Positions 1-9,861 of a stretch of DNA of 64,000 bases are shown in pieces. The stretch is from Myxococcales bacterium (GTDB taxonomy: Bacteria; Myxococcota_A; UBA9042; JABWCM01; BTVJ01), in NCBI GenBank assembly GCA_045863395.1, contig BTVJ01000031.1, positions 20,186 through 84,185 on the forward strand. Reading direction: 5' to 3'. Position 1 is the first letter of the stretch, and each line of letters opens with the position of its first letter. The notes beneath the pieces are model-generated. The model had not been told where the DNA came from. It saw only the letters and a list, made by a program, of their open reading frames with translations, and searched no databases. The position numbers and the translations under genes were made by a program.

Positions 1-657
1 TACCTGGACCCGAACAGCGTGTCGCAGCTCCGCTACGTGCTCGCCAACGACTGGTTCCGCCCGCAGGGCACGACGGGCCTCTACTTCCAGGACTACGGCG
101 GCGGCTGGCACATGACGGACACGACGTGGGTGCGAGTCTACAACGGAAAGAACGTCTATGCGGCTGGAGCAATAATTCGGACAGATGGCGACATGCGCTC
201 GCCCATCTACTATGACCAGAATGACACGGGCTTCTACATGGACCCCAACGGCACGAGCCGCATCAACGCCATGCGCGTCGATGGTCGAGTCTACTACGAT
301 GGCGGATGCCCGGCTCCCTTTACCTCCAACGGCGGCTATTACACCTACGCCGGATACGGCAACAAGCTGTGCATGTGGAAGTGGGGCTATAGCAACTACC
401 AGGAGATGCAGGGAGTGTGCTTCGCCCTCGGCGGACACATCTGCTCCTACGGAGAGATCTACAAGATGTCGCAGTCCTACGGGACGACGCCGTCCGGCAT
501 CGGCTTCGTCAACGGCGACTGGATCGGCAACCGGGTCAACGACGACAACGCGTACTACGTCAACAACGCGGGCAACCTTGGCAACTTCGAGGGTCACGCC
601 AACAAGAACGACAACCGCTACGCTGCCTGCTGCTATGGCTCCAGCATGATCGACTGA
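1..657 (+). CDS. 5'-truncated adhesin/tail-fibre-like protein (C-terminal part), with a shufflon PilV-like motif and a Cys-containing C-terminal domain
   Basis: Frame +1 is open from base 1 (YLDPNSVSQL...) to TGA at 655-657. DWFRPQGTTGLYFQDYGGGWHMTDTTWVRVYNGKNVY resembles the GGGxYMxDxxWVR motif of PilV/tail-fibre proteins. Repeated Y(L/M)DPNxxS; ends CFALGGHICSYGEI...ACCY. Confidence 0.6.
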   Translation, partial: YLDPNSVSQLRYVLANDWFRPQGTTGLYFQDYGGGWHMTDTTWVRVYNGKNVYAAGAIIRTDGDMRSPIYYDQNDTGFYMDPNGTSRINAMRVDGRVYYDGGCPAPFTSNGGYYTYAGYGNKLCMWKWGYSNYQEMQGVCFALGGHICSYGEIYKMSQSYGTTPSGIGFVNGDWIGNRVNDDNAYYVNNAGNLGNFEGHANKNDNRYAACCYGSSMID

Positions 658-658
658 G

Positions 659-1633
659 GTGCCTGTGTCCCCACGCACGGCTCAGATTGTCCGCACCTCC
701 CTGCTCCTCCTCGGCGCCCTGGGAGCCGGATGGCTCGGCTCCCGCCTCGGCGGGGGCGGTTCGCAGTCCTCCCCGGTCGTTCAGGGTGAGACTGCAGCAC
801 AGACAGAGCACGCGAGACCTCGGGACCTTGGTCCGAGCATGGCGCCCGTAGGACTCCCTGCCGGCAGCCGCAAGGTGATGGCCAGAGAGATCGCCGTCGC
901 CCCGAGCCAGGCAGAGCTACTCGAGGGCACGCGCTCCTCGGAGGAACGGGCTCGCCGCGCACGGGCGCTCCTGCGCTCCCTCGACGCGCTGGACCGGACC
1001 GAAGGGCTGCACCTCCTGCACGAGGAAGATCCTGCGCAAGCCATCGACGTCGCGCGCTCGCTGCTCCGCGAGCGGGACGTCGACCTGGCCAGCCCCGCCG
1101 CTCGGGTCCTGGCCATGAACAAGGTCATGGGCGCAGAGGACTATGAGGCGCTCGGGAGCATCATGAAGGACGGAAGCCTGAGCCCGGAGGCCCGGACTGC
1201 GGCGACCGGAGCCCTGATGAGCGCTCAGCGCATGGCCGACAGCGGCGACATCGGCCGCTGGTACGACGCTGCCCTCGAGAGCGACGTCGGCTGGGTGCGT
1301 GGGAGCGCCGTCGCGAATGTCGCGCAGCTCCCGACGGAGCAGGCAGTTCCACTGCTCGCAAAGGCCCTCAAGGACCCCGACCCTCAGGTGGCCAAGGGCG
1401 CCCTGATGGCGCTCGTGCACGGACACGGCGGGGAGGAGTCGGTCGGCACGGATCCCGCCGCGTGGCAGGCGTGGCTCGCCGAGCGCAAGGCCGCCGCGGA
1501 GAAGAAGGCGGCAGACGACTACGCCATGCAGAACCCGAAGATCGATCGCCCTGCCGAGGCGACCATCCCCACAGACGACTTCGCGCCCACCCCCGACGCG
1601 CCAATAGTCCCCGACGGCCCCGCCAAGGAGTAG
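659..1633 (+). CDS. Membrane-anchored HEAT-repeat protein
   Basis: GTG start 1 bp after the upstream stop; N-terminal hydrophobic stretch (LLLLGALGAGWLG); HEAT-like AVPLLAKALKDPDPQVAKGALMAL and DPAAWQAW. Confidence 0.65.
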   Translation: MPVSPRTAQIVRTSLLLLGALGAGWLGSRLGGGGSQSSPVVQGETAAQTEHARPRDLGPSMAPVGLPAGSRKVMAREIAVAPSQAELLEGTRSSEERARRARALLRSLDALDRTEGLHLLHEEDPAQAIDVARSLLRERDVDLASPAARVLAMNKVMGAEDYEALGSIMKDGSLSPEARTAATGALMSAQRMADSGDIGRWYDAALESDVGWVRGSAVANVAQLPTEQAVPLLAKALKDPDPQVAKGALMALVHGHGGEESVGTDPAAWQAWLAERKAAAEKKAADDYAMQNPKIDRPAEATIPTDDFAPTPDAPIVPDGPAKE

Positions 1634-1636
1634 CTG

Positions 1637-4600
1637 ATGACGCGCCGATCCTTGGAGCGCCTCGGCGCCGCAGTGCTCGCGGCCTGCCTGGTGACGGCGT
1701 GCCCGGACGCGACCCTGGCTCCTCCACCAGGTTCCACGGATGCCACCGCCGAGGACGCGCTGAATGACGCGACCGACTCTGGGACCGCGATGGACGACGG
1801 CGCGATTCAGGATGCGACGGGCGACGTATGGGACGTCGCCGTGGACGCGGCGACCGACGCTCCGAGCAAGCCCGACGGGATCACGGACGCAGGGACCGAC
1901 GCTGCCGATGCCGCGGACGCCGCGGCGGATGCCCAGGACGTACCGAGCCTCAGCGACGCGGCAGACGGTGACGCCGCAGATCCCACGGACGCAGGAGACG
2001 TCTCCCCGCATCCCGACGCGGACGATGTGCCGGACGTGCCCGAGCCCCTCGACTCGGGTGGCCCCCCCGACGCGGACGACGACACAGGGACCGACGGAGG
2101 CCCCGCCGATACGGGTCCCGCCGACGCAGAGCCGGACGCCGGCCCCTGCACCCTCGCCGCCCACTGCAGCGACGGGGATCCATGCACCGTCGATGACTGC
2201 GACGAGGGCACCTGCATCGCGACGCCCAAGATCTGCGACGACGACAACCCGTGCACCGATGACTACTGCAGCCCCCTGTCGGGCAACTGCCTCGCCCAGG
2301 CGGTCACGTGCAACGACGGAGACGCCTGCACCGACGACCTGTGCGTCCCGGGGCTCGGATGCATCACGTTCGTGAAGCCCTGTGACGACGGCAACGCCTG
2401 CACCCTCGACGACTGCTCGCCGCTCACCGGGTGCGCCCACGTCCCCGACCCCTGCGACGACGGCGACCTGTGCACGGCGGACGCCTGCGACCCGGCGTCT
2501 GGCTGCGACCACGCCGGAAAGGCCTGCGACGGAGGCAAGTGCTTCGTCGGGACCTGTGACGCCCTGACCGGCGGGTGCTCACAGGAGCCCCGCGACTGTG
2601 ATGACGGCGAGCCATGCACGGGGGACGGCTGCGATCCCGTCTCCGGGTGCGTGCACACCGGTTTCTCCTGCATGGACACGAACCCGTGCGTGTTCTCGTG
2701 GTGCGACGGCGCCGCGGGCGGCTGCGTCCAGACCCCGGTGGAGTGCGGCGACGGGGGCCCCTGCATCGCGCTGGAGTGCAGTCCATCGCAGGGCGGCTGC
2801 GTGTCGGTGCCCGTCACCTGCGCCGACGGCGATCCGTGCACGACGGACGCCTGTGGCAGCTCCGGTTGCGTCCACGTCGCGAAGCCCGGCTGCGCGGGGT
2901 GCGCCGGCGACGGGGACTGCGACGACGGCAACGCGTGCACGGTGGAGTCCTGCACCGCCGGGACGTGCAAGGTCGACGGCATCGGGTGTGACGACGGCGA
3001 TGCCTGCACGACGGACTCGTGCTCCAAGGCCCTGGGCTGCCTCCACGTGCCGACGGCCTGCGGCGACGGCAACCCCTGCACGGTCGACTCCTGCGACCCG
3101 GCGACGGGAGGGTGCCTCCACCCCGAGCTGCCCTGCGACGACGGCGACTCCTGCACCCTCGACGGCTGCAACGCCGCGCTGGGCAAGTGCGCCAGCCTCC
3201 CCGTGCCCTGCAACGACGGCGACCCCTGCACCGCCGACGACTGCGACGCCGCCACGGGCAAGTGCGTCTTCCTGGCTCAGAAGTGCGACGACGGCAACGC
3301 CTGCACGACCAGCTACTGCCACCCCATCACGGGCTCCTGCCAGCACGACGGCACGGTCTGCGACGACGGCAACCCCTGCACGACGGACAAGTGTGACGGA
3401 GCCACTGGCCAGTGTACGTTCACCGCGCCGCAGTGCAGCGACGGCGACCCGTGTACCGACGACCTGTGCAACGCGGTGACGGGGGCCTGCGTGTGGCTGC
3501 CGTCCAAGTGCGACGATGGCTCCAAGTGCACGACCGATACCTGCATCGCGGGCGTGGGGTGCGCGCAGACTCCCGTCGACTGTAGCGACGGCGACCCCTG
3601 CACGAGCGACGACTGCGAGCCCATCCAGGGCTCCTGCGTGAACCTGACGGGCAAGTGCGACGACGGGGACGCGTGTACGATCGACTCCTGTCACCCCACG
3701 ACCGGCGCCTGCACCAACGCCACCGTCGACTGCGGGGACGGCAACCCGTGCACCGACGACACGTGCGACCCGGCGATGGGCTGCGCGTCGGTGGCGTCTG
3801 CGTGCGACGACGGCGACGCCTGCACGGACAACGTCTGCACACTGCCGTCCGGGTGCTCCAACCCGCCGGTCTCGTGCAGCGACGGCGACGCCTGCACCTT
3901 GGACACGTGCGACGCAGCAGCCGGCTGCGACCACGTCGCGGTAGCCTGTGACGACGGCGAGCCCTGCACCATCGACCTGTGCAACCCCGCCGACGGGCAG
4001 TGCGTGTACCCACCCGACGACTGCGACGACGGCAATGAGTGCACGACGGACCTGTGCATCGACGGGGCCGGGTGCGAGAACGCTCCCAAGGCGTGCGACG
4101 ACGGGGAGGTCTGCACCACCGACACCTGCGACCCGCTCACCGGGGCGTGCGCATCCGCGCCCACGGACTGCACCGACGGCAACGCCTGCACCGTCGACTT
4201 CTGCGACCAGGGCAGCGGCGCCTGCGCCAACGCGCCCGTGGTATGCGACGACGGCAACCCGTGTACCGACGAGACCTGCGATCCCGCCTTCGGCTGCACA
4301 TCGGCTCCTGCCGCATGCGACGACGGGGATGCCTGCACCCAGAACCTGTGCGCCCTCCCAGGCGGCTGCTTCCACCCGCCCACGGTCTGTACGGACGCCG
4401 ACGCCTGCACCATCGACACGTGCGATCCGACGACCGGGTGCGCCCACGCCCCTGTGCAATGCGACGACGGCGATGTGTGCACGGCCGACCTCTGCAACTC
4501 CGCGGATGGGTCCTGTACCTTCCCGCCCGAGGACTGCGACGACGACGATCAGTGCACCGTGGACGCCTGCGCCGCCGGCGTCGGGTGCGTCAATGCACCC

Positions 4601-7600
4601 AAGACCTGCTCCGACGGGGACCTGTGCACCCTCGACGCCTGCAACCCGCTGGACGGTGCCTGCTCCCACAGCCAGAGCGCCTGCGACGACCTGAGCGCCT
4701 GTACGCTTGACTCCTGCGACCCGGCGTCCGGGGCGTGTTCCTATCTGCCCGTCGACTGTACCGACGGCGACGTGTGCACCGATGACGGGTGTGATACCGC
4801 GTCGGGATGCGTCTCGTCGCCCGCCGCCTGCGACGACGGGGACCCCTGCACGGCCAACGAGTGCTCGCTACCCGGTGGGTGCACCAACCCGCCGCTGGTA
4901 TGCGGAGACGGCGACCCGTGCACGCTGGACACGTGCGACCCGGTCACGGGATGCGTCAACCCGCCCGTTCAGTGCGGCGACGACGAGCCCTGTACGATGG
5001 ACGTGTGCAACCCGCTGGACGGACAGTGCATGTACCCCCCAACCGACTGCGACGACGGAGATGAGTGTACGGCCGACGTGTGCAACGATGGCGTGGGGTG
5101 CGACAACGTCCCCAAGGTGTGCGATGACGGGGAGGTGTGCACGACGGACACGTGCGACCCGGTCACGGGGGCGTGCGCGTCGGGGCCGACCGACTGCGAC
5201 GACTCCAACGCATGCACCATGGACTTCTGTGACCTTGGAACCGGTGTCTGCGCGAACGTGGCAGTGAGCTGCGCCGACGGAGATCCGTGTACCGACGATG
5301 CGTGCAACCCGGCGACGGGGTGCGAGTCCAAGCCCGCCGCGTGCGACGACGGCAACGCCTGCACGCAGAACCTGTGCGCCCTGCCCGGTGGCTGCACCAA
5401 CCCGCCGGTGGTCTGCGCGGACACCGACCTCTGCACGCTGGACACCTGTGACCCGGCGACGGGGTGCAAGCATGCCACCGTCGACTGCGACGACGGAGAG
5501 ATCTGTACGGCGGACGTGTGCAACCCAGCCACGGGGGCGTGTCTGCACCCGGACGCGAACTGCGACGACGAGAACGAGTGCACCCTCGACTCCTGCACTC
5601 CGGGGGTCGGCTGCAAGCATACGGCCAAGGACTGTGGCGACGGGCAGGTCTGCACGACCGACACCTGTGACCCCCTCACGGGGGCCTGCGTCTCCAAACC
5701 CACGGACTGCAACGACGGCAACGCCTGCACCGCGGACTTCTGCGACCTGGGCACTGGGCAGTGCGCCTATGTGGGGGTGAGCTGCGAGGACGGCAACCCG
5801 TGCACGGACAACGCATGTGACCCGCTGAGCGGGTGCAAGACCACCCAGAAGAGCTGCACCGACGGCAACGCCTGCACGGTGGACTCCTGCTCCGTACCGG
5901 TCGGCTGCGTCAATACCGCGATCACGTGCAACGACGGAAACACCTGCACCCTGGACTCCTGCGACCCGTCGACCGGCTGCGTCTTCGCTCAGAAGGACTG
6001 CGACGATGGCAACGCGTGCACCGACGACGCGTGCTCCGGCGGCGACTGCGCCCACGAGGCCGTGGACTGCGAGGACTTCAACTCCTGCACCAGCGACGCC
6101 TGTGACCCCCTCGGGGGTTGCATGCACGTGCCCGTCAGTTGCGGTGGCACCGGCTGTGCCAAGCTCTTCTGCGTACCGGGACTGGGCTGCCAGCCCCCGG
6201 TCCTCCCATGCGACGACGGCGACGCCTGCACCGCCGACGCCTGCGTGGCCAATGGGTGCGTCCACACCCCGACGAACTGCAACGATGGCGATGTCTGCAC
6301 CACCGACACCTGCGACGCCGTCACGGGCGCCTGCGTAGGCACGACGGTGAAGTGCACGTCGCCGGACGGCTGCCTCGTGGGCAACTGCGAGGGACCGACG
6401 ACGGGCTGCGTGTTCGCACCGCTCCAATGCGTGAGCAGCGGACTCTGCGAGGACGCGGAGTGCGTGGGCGGAGCCTGCATCGTCACACCCTTCGACTGCA
6501 ACGACGACGACCCCTGCACCACCGACTCCTGCGACCCGGAGACCGGGTGCGCCCACACTCCCGTGCCCGCATGCTCATCGTGCCAGGGCCCCGCCGACTG
6601 CCCCGTGCCCGGGCCGTGTACGTGGTTCTCCTGCGAAGAGGGACAGTGCGTCTCCAACGAGACCCTCTGCGTGGGCGGTGGGCCATGCTCGCCGGGCGCG
6701 TGTGACCCGCAAGTCGGCGCCTGCACATACACCGCAGTGGACTGCGACGACGGCAACGCCTGCACCAACGACGTCTGTGTCGACGATGGAGACTGCGCCC
6801 ACACCCCGGTGGACTGCGAGGACAGCGACCCGTGCACCTTCGACGCCTGCGCCGGAGGGGTGTGCACGCACGTCGCCGACCCGGAGTGCGACCTGTGTGA
6901 GTCTGACGAGGAGTGCGCCGACGAGGAGCCCTGCACCAACGACCTGTGCGTCACCGGCCAGTGTGAGCACGTGGCCAAGGATTGCGACGACGGCGACGAC
7001 TGCACCGGAGACGCCTGCGGTGCGCTGGGGCAGTGCTTCCACTTCCCGATCCTGGAGGACGGCTGCCAGGGGTGCACGACGGCCGCCCACTGTGCGGACG
7101 GAGACCCCTGCACGGTCGACTCCTGCGCCGACGGGGAGTGCGTCTTCAACCCGAAGAGCTGCGACGACGGAGACTCGTGCACGACGGATTTCTGCGGCCC
7201 GTCGGGTGAGTGCGAGCACTTCCTGGCCATCGACTGCGTGCCGTGCACGACGCCCGGCGACTGCGAGACAGGGGACCCGTGCATCCTGGCGGGGTGCGTG
7301 GGGGGGTTCTGCACGGCGACGCCCAAGAACTGCAGCGACGGCGACCCCTGCACCCTCGACCTCTGCAACGGAGACGGAGACTGCATCCACAATACGGTCC
7401 CCGGCTGCCAGAAGTGCGCCTCTGCGGCGGTCTGCAACGATGACAGCGCCTGTACCGTCGACACGTGCGAGGGAGGCGTGTGCGTATGGACCCAGAAGGT
7501 GTGCGACGATGGGGATCCCTGTACGGCAGATCTCTGCAACTCTGCGGGTGTCTGTGTCTTCCTTCCGAAGCAGGGCTGCACCCCTTGCGAGTCGGACGCC

Positions 7601-8224
7601 ACCTGCACGGATGGAAACCCCTGCACCACGGACGCCTGCATACAGGGTGGCTGCTCGTACCAGCCCATCGTCTGTCCGACTCCCGACAAGTGCAATTCCG
7701 GTGTCTGCGTAGCGGGCGTGGGCTGCGCAACGACCCCGCTCCCCTGCGGCGATGGCGACCCGTGTACGACGGATGCGTGCGACGTGGACGACGGCTGCAT
7801 CCACACGCCGAAGGCGGGCTGTACGGGCTGCCAGACCGGCGCCGACTGCGCCGACCAGGACCCCTGCACGACGGAGAGCTGCGTCGGTGGATCCTGCCAG
7901 TTCGCGCAGGTGACCTGCCCGGCCTCGGGAGATCTGTGCCAGCCGAAGGTGTGCGTTCCCAACCTCGGCTGCCAGGCGCAGCCCAAGTGCGACGATGGCA
8001 ACGCCTGCACGACCGACCTGTGCAACCCCTCCACCGGGGCGTGCAGCACCCAGCCCGTATCGTGCTCGGACGACCCGATCTGCTTCCCCGCGACGTGCTC
8101 ACCGACCGCAGGCTGCCAGATCACGCCGCTGTGCAACGACGGGGACCCCTGCACCAAGGACGGGTGCAACCCCGCCACGCAGCAGTGTACGTTCACTCCC
8201 GTCGACCCCTGCGTCCAGCCCTGA
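1637..8224 (+). CDS. Giant Cys-rich repeat lipoprotein (2195 aa; CDDGxxCTxDxC, Dicty_CTDC-like repeats)
   Basis: Lipobox-like LVTAC, Asp/Ala/Thr-rich linker, then dozens of ~24-25 aa CxDGxxCTxDxC repeats up to the stop. Confidence 0.85.
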   Translation: MTRRSLERLGAAVLAACLVTACPDATLAPPPGSTDATAEDALNDATDSGTAMDDGAIQDATGDVWDVAVDAATDAPSKPDGITDAGTDAADAADAAADAQDVPSLSDAADGDAADPTDAGDVSPHPDADDVPDVPEPLDSGGPPDADDDTGTDGGPADTGPADAEPDAGPCTLAAHCSDGDPCTVDDCDEGTCIATPKICDDDNPCTDDYCSPLSGNCLAQAVTCNDGDACTDDLCVPGLGCITFVKPCDDGNACTLDDCSPLTGCAHVPDPCDDGDLCTADACDPASGCDHAGKACDGGKCFVGTCDALTGGCSQEPRDCDDGEPCTGDGCDPVSGCVHTGFSCMDTNPCVFSWCDGAAGGCVQTPVECGDGGPCIALECSPSQGGCVSVPVTCADGDPCTTDACGSSGCVHVAKPGCAGCAGDGDCDDGNACTVESCTAGTCKVDGIGCDDGDACTTDSCSKALGCLHVPTACGDGNPCTVDSCDPATGGCLHPELPCDDGDSCTLDGCNAALGKCASLPVPCNDGDPCTADDCDAATGKCVFLAQKCDDGNACTTSYCHPITGSCQHDGTVCDDGNPCTTDKCDGATGQCTFTAPQCSDGDPCTDDLCNAVTGACVWLPSKCDDGSKCTTDTCIAGVGCAQTPVDCSDGDPCTSDDCEPIQGSCVNLTGKCDDGDACTIDSCHPTTGACTNATVDCGDGNPCTDDTCDPAMGCASVASACDDGDACTDNVCTLPSGCSNPPVSCSDGDACTLDTCDAAAGCDHVAVACDDGEPCTIDLCNPADGQCVYPPDDCDDGNECTTDLCIDGAGCENAPKACDDGEVCTTDTCDPLTGACASAPTDCTDGNACTVDFCDQGSGACANAPVVCDDGNPCTDETCDPAFGCTSAPAACDDGDACTQNLCALPGGCFHPPTVCTDADACTIDTCDPTTGCAHAPVQCDDGDVCTADLCNSADGSCTFPPEDCDDDDQCTVDACAAGVGCVNAPKTCSDGDLCTLDACNPLDGACSHSQSACDDLSACTLDSCDPASGACSYLPVDCTDGDVCTDDGCDTASGCVSSPAACDDGDPCTANECSLPGGCTNPPLVCGDGDPCTLDTCDPVTGCVNPPVQCGDDEPCTMDVCNPLDGQCMYPPTDCDDGDECTADVCNDGVGCDNVPKVCDDGEVCTTDTCDPVTGACASGPTDCDDSNACTMDFCDLGTGVCANVAVSCADGDPCTDDACNPATGCESKPAACDDGNACTQNLCALPGGCTNPPVVCADTDLCTLDTCDPATGCKHATVDCDDGEICTADVCNPATGACLHPDANCDDENECTLDSCTPGVGCKHTAKDCGDGQVCTTDTCDPLTGACVSKPTDCNDGNACTADFCDLGTGQCAYVGVSCEDGNPCTDNACDPLSGCKTTQKSCTDGNACTVDSCSVPVGCVNTAITCNDGNTCTLDSCDPSTGCVFAQKDCDDGNACTDDACSGGDCAHEAVDCEDFNSCTSDACDPLGGCMHVPVSCGGTGCAKLFCVPGLGCQPPVLPCDDGDACTADACVANGCVHTPTNCNDGDVCTTDTCDAVTGACVGTTVKCTSPDGCLVGNCEGPTTGCVFAPLQCVSSGLCEDAECVGGACIVTPFDCNDDDPCTTDSCDPETGCAHTPVPACSSCQGPADCPVPGPCTWFSCEEGQCVSNETLCVGGGPCSPGACDPQVGACTYTAVDCDDGNACTNDVCVDDGDCAHTPVDCEDSDPCTFDACAGGVCTHVADPECDLCESDEECADEEPCTNDLCVTGQCEHVAKDCDDGDDCTGDACGALGQCFHFPILEDGCQGCTTAAHCADGDPCTVDSCADGECVFNPKSCDDGDSCTTDFCGPSGECEHFLAIDCVPCTTPGDCETGDPCILAGCVGGFCTATPKNCSDGDPCTLDLCNGDGDCIHNTVPGCQKCASAAVCNDDSACTVDTCEGGVCVWTQKVCDDGDPCTADLCNSAGVCVFLPKQGCTPCESDATCTDGNPCTTDACIQGGCSYQPIVCPTPDKCNSGVCVAGVGCATTPLPCGDGDPCTTDACDVDDGCIHTPKAGCTGCQTGADCADQDPCTTESCVGGSCQFAQVTCPASGDLCQPKVCVPNLGCQAQPKCDDGNACTTDLCNPSTGACSTQPVSCSDDPICFPATCSPTAGCQITPLCNDGDPCTKDGCNPATQQCTFTPVDPCVQP
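3821..5950 (+). repeat. 513-bp (171-aa) higher-order repeat within the giant lipoprotein
   Basis: The marker motif CTxNxCxLPxGC starts at 3821, 4334, 4847 and 5360, with a degenerate copy at 5873; the spacing is exactly 513 bp each time. Confidence 0.8.
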
Positions 8225-8231
8225 CCCCGAG

Positions 8232-8260
8232 TTGACAGCCGCCAGGCGCCGTCAGATGCT
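8232..8260 (+). promoter_or_regulatory. Putative sigma70 promoter for the halogenase-like gene
   Basis: TTGACA (8232-8237), 17-bp spacer, GATGCT (8255-8260); the -10 element is weak. Confidence 0.35.
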
Positions 8261-8286
8261 GAGGTTCTCACCTGATGGAGGGCCTC

Positions 8287-9861
8287 ATGAAGGTAGATCA
8301 CGTCGTCATCGGTGCTGGAATCGCAGGCATCGCCCTGCGCCGCGCGCTGACCGGCAGCGTCGTCATGCTGGACCCGGAGCCGGCGGGCTACAAGATCGGC
8401 GAGTCGATCATCCCCGAGCAGTTCCACCACCCGCTGATGAGTGAGGCGCTGCCCGACGTCCGGCGCTGCGCCTCCTATTCGCCGAAGATCGGCACGACCT
8501 TCATCGGCGCTGGGGAGGTCGCCTGTTTCCCGCTCCAGACCCACCGGCTGCGGACCATGCACATCTACCGCTCCGAGATGGAGGCGCTGCTCCTCGAGCG
8601 CTTCGGCATCGAGGTCCGGCGCGAGCGGGTGACAGGCGTCGATGTGGCGGCGCGGGCCGTGACCACCGCCCAAGGGGTCTACGAGAGCCGAGGCCCCATC
8701 ATCGACTGCTCGGGGCCCGCCATGGTCGTCGCCCACGCCATCGGCGAGGTGAAGCAGCTCTGGCCCGTGCACGCAGTGTGGGGCTACTACGACGTCACCG
8801 ACGTGGACGACGGCCGCTTCTGGCGCGCGGTGGACGAGCGGGGCTGGAGATCCGCCTTCCTGGACATCCCGAGCGGCCACCTCATGCCCGAGCACAGCCC
8901 CGAGTCCTTCTCGCCGAGCCGCACGACCATCCTCGTCCAGCTCCGCCCGGGCACCTGGATGTGGCAGATCCCGCTCTGGAGCAGGTCACGCCTGAGCGTC
9001 GGCGTGGTCTCCCGCGGAGAGCCTTTCACGGTGGCCGCCTATCGCGCCCTCGTCGAAGAGCACGTGGCCCCGTGCTACACGCTGCGCTCCCGGGGCGACG
9101 ACGGCCTCGACGGCCTCGACCGCATCCACCGGCGCTCCGGCTTCGCGCGCCGCGCCCACAGGGCGGCGACCGAGGACTACATCCTGCTCGGGGACGCCTT
9201 CGCCTTCGCGGACCCCGTGTACTCCGTCGGCACGGGCCTCGCCGTCAACAAGGCCATCGCGGTGGGGCAGCACCTGAGCGCGGCCCCCTGGACTGCGGCC
9301 GACGCAGCGCGGTACTGCGCCGAGTACGACCACCTCATGGAGCGGGCCGTCCGCGCCTTCGACTTCTGGTACTCCGGGGAGGTGATGCGCGACGACAGCG
9401 CCGCCATGGAGGTGCAGGACGGCTTCCTGGTCGGCGGCGCCTTCCAGAAGGGCGCCTTCCACGCCTACGCGTCCGTGGTGCAGGACGCCGCCGAGGCGAC
9501 CGACTCATGGCTGCTCTTCGAGGTGTCCGAGCTGCTGGGCGATGCGAGCGATCCCGGTCCCTGGCGCCTCGACCGGGTGGACGTGACCGGCGAGCGCGAC
9601 GCCCTGCTCATCAGTTGGGTGCGGGCAGCGGGGCCGACCGTGTGCCTGGAGGTGGGCCCGGTCTCTCCGGGGCGCATCGCGCTCCGCACCTCTACGGGGC
9701 TCCGCATCAGCCACCGGGGCGACGCCCTCCCGGGCTTCACGGAGAACCCGGAGATGATGGCCCTCGTCGACGGGACGGCGCGGGCCATCGCGAGCCACCC
9801 GGACGGCTGGCGCCGGGTGCTCTCGGCGCTTCACGGGTCGTCGGAGCCCCAGTCCGAGTAG
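8287..9861 (+). CDS. Flavin-dependent halogenase-like FAD oxidoreductase (tryptophan halogenase superfamily)
   Basis: GAGIAG FAD motif, KIGESIIP, WMWQIP (WxWxIP, 8956-8973), LLGDAFAFADPVYSVG. ATG at 8287 follows GGAGGG; alternative start at 8275. Confidence 0.75.
   Translation: MKVDHVVIGAGIAGIALRRALTGSVVMLDPEPAGYKIGESIIPEQFHHPLMSEALPDVRRCASYSPKIGTTFIGAGEVACFPLQTHRLRTMHIYRSEMEALLLERFGIEVRRERVTGVDVAARAVTTAQGVYESRGPIIDCSGPAMVVAHAIGEVKQLWPVHAVWGYYDVTDVDDGRFWRAVDERGWRSAFLDIPSGHLMPEHSPESFSPSRTTILVQLRPGTWMWQIPLWSRSRLSVGVVSRGEPFTVAAYRALVEEHVAPCYTLRSRGDDGLDGLDRIHRRSGFARRAHRAATEDYILLGDAFAFADPVYSVGTGLAVNKAIAVGQHLSAAPWTAADAARYCAEYDHLMERAVRAFDFWYSGEVMRDDSAAMEVQDGFLVGGAFQKGAFHAYASVVQDAAEATDSWLLFEVSELLGDASDPGPWRLDRVDVTGERDALLISWVRAAGPTVCLEVGPVSPGRIALRTSTGLRISHRGDALPGFTENPEMMALVDGTARAIASHPDGWRRVLSALHGSSEPQSE

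Noticed and set aside
1..657. Functional shufflon or prophage tail locus
   Set aside because: Only a motif resemblance; no recombinase, inverted sfx-like repeats or phage genes are visible in the window.
917..8895. Long antisense and alternate-frame ORFs over the Cys-repeat gene (e.g. 2579-4669, 4868-6556, 5989-8895)
   Set aside because: Shadow frames caused by high GC and repetitive codons; they have no domain motifs and fully overlap a well-supported CDS.
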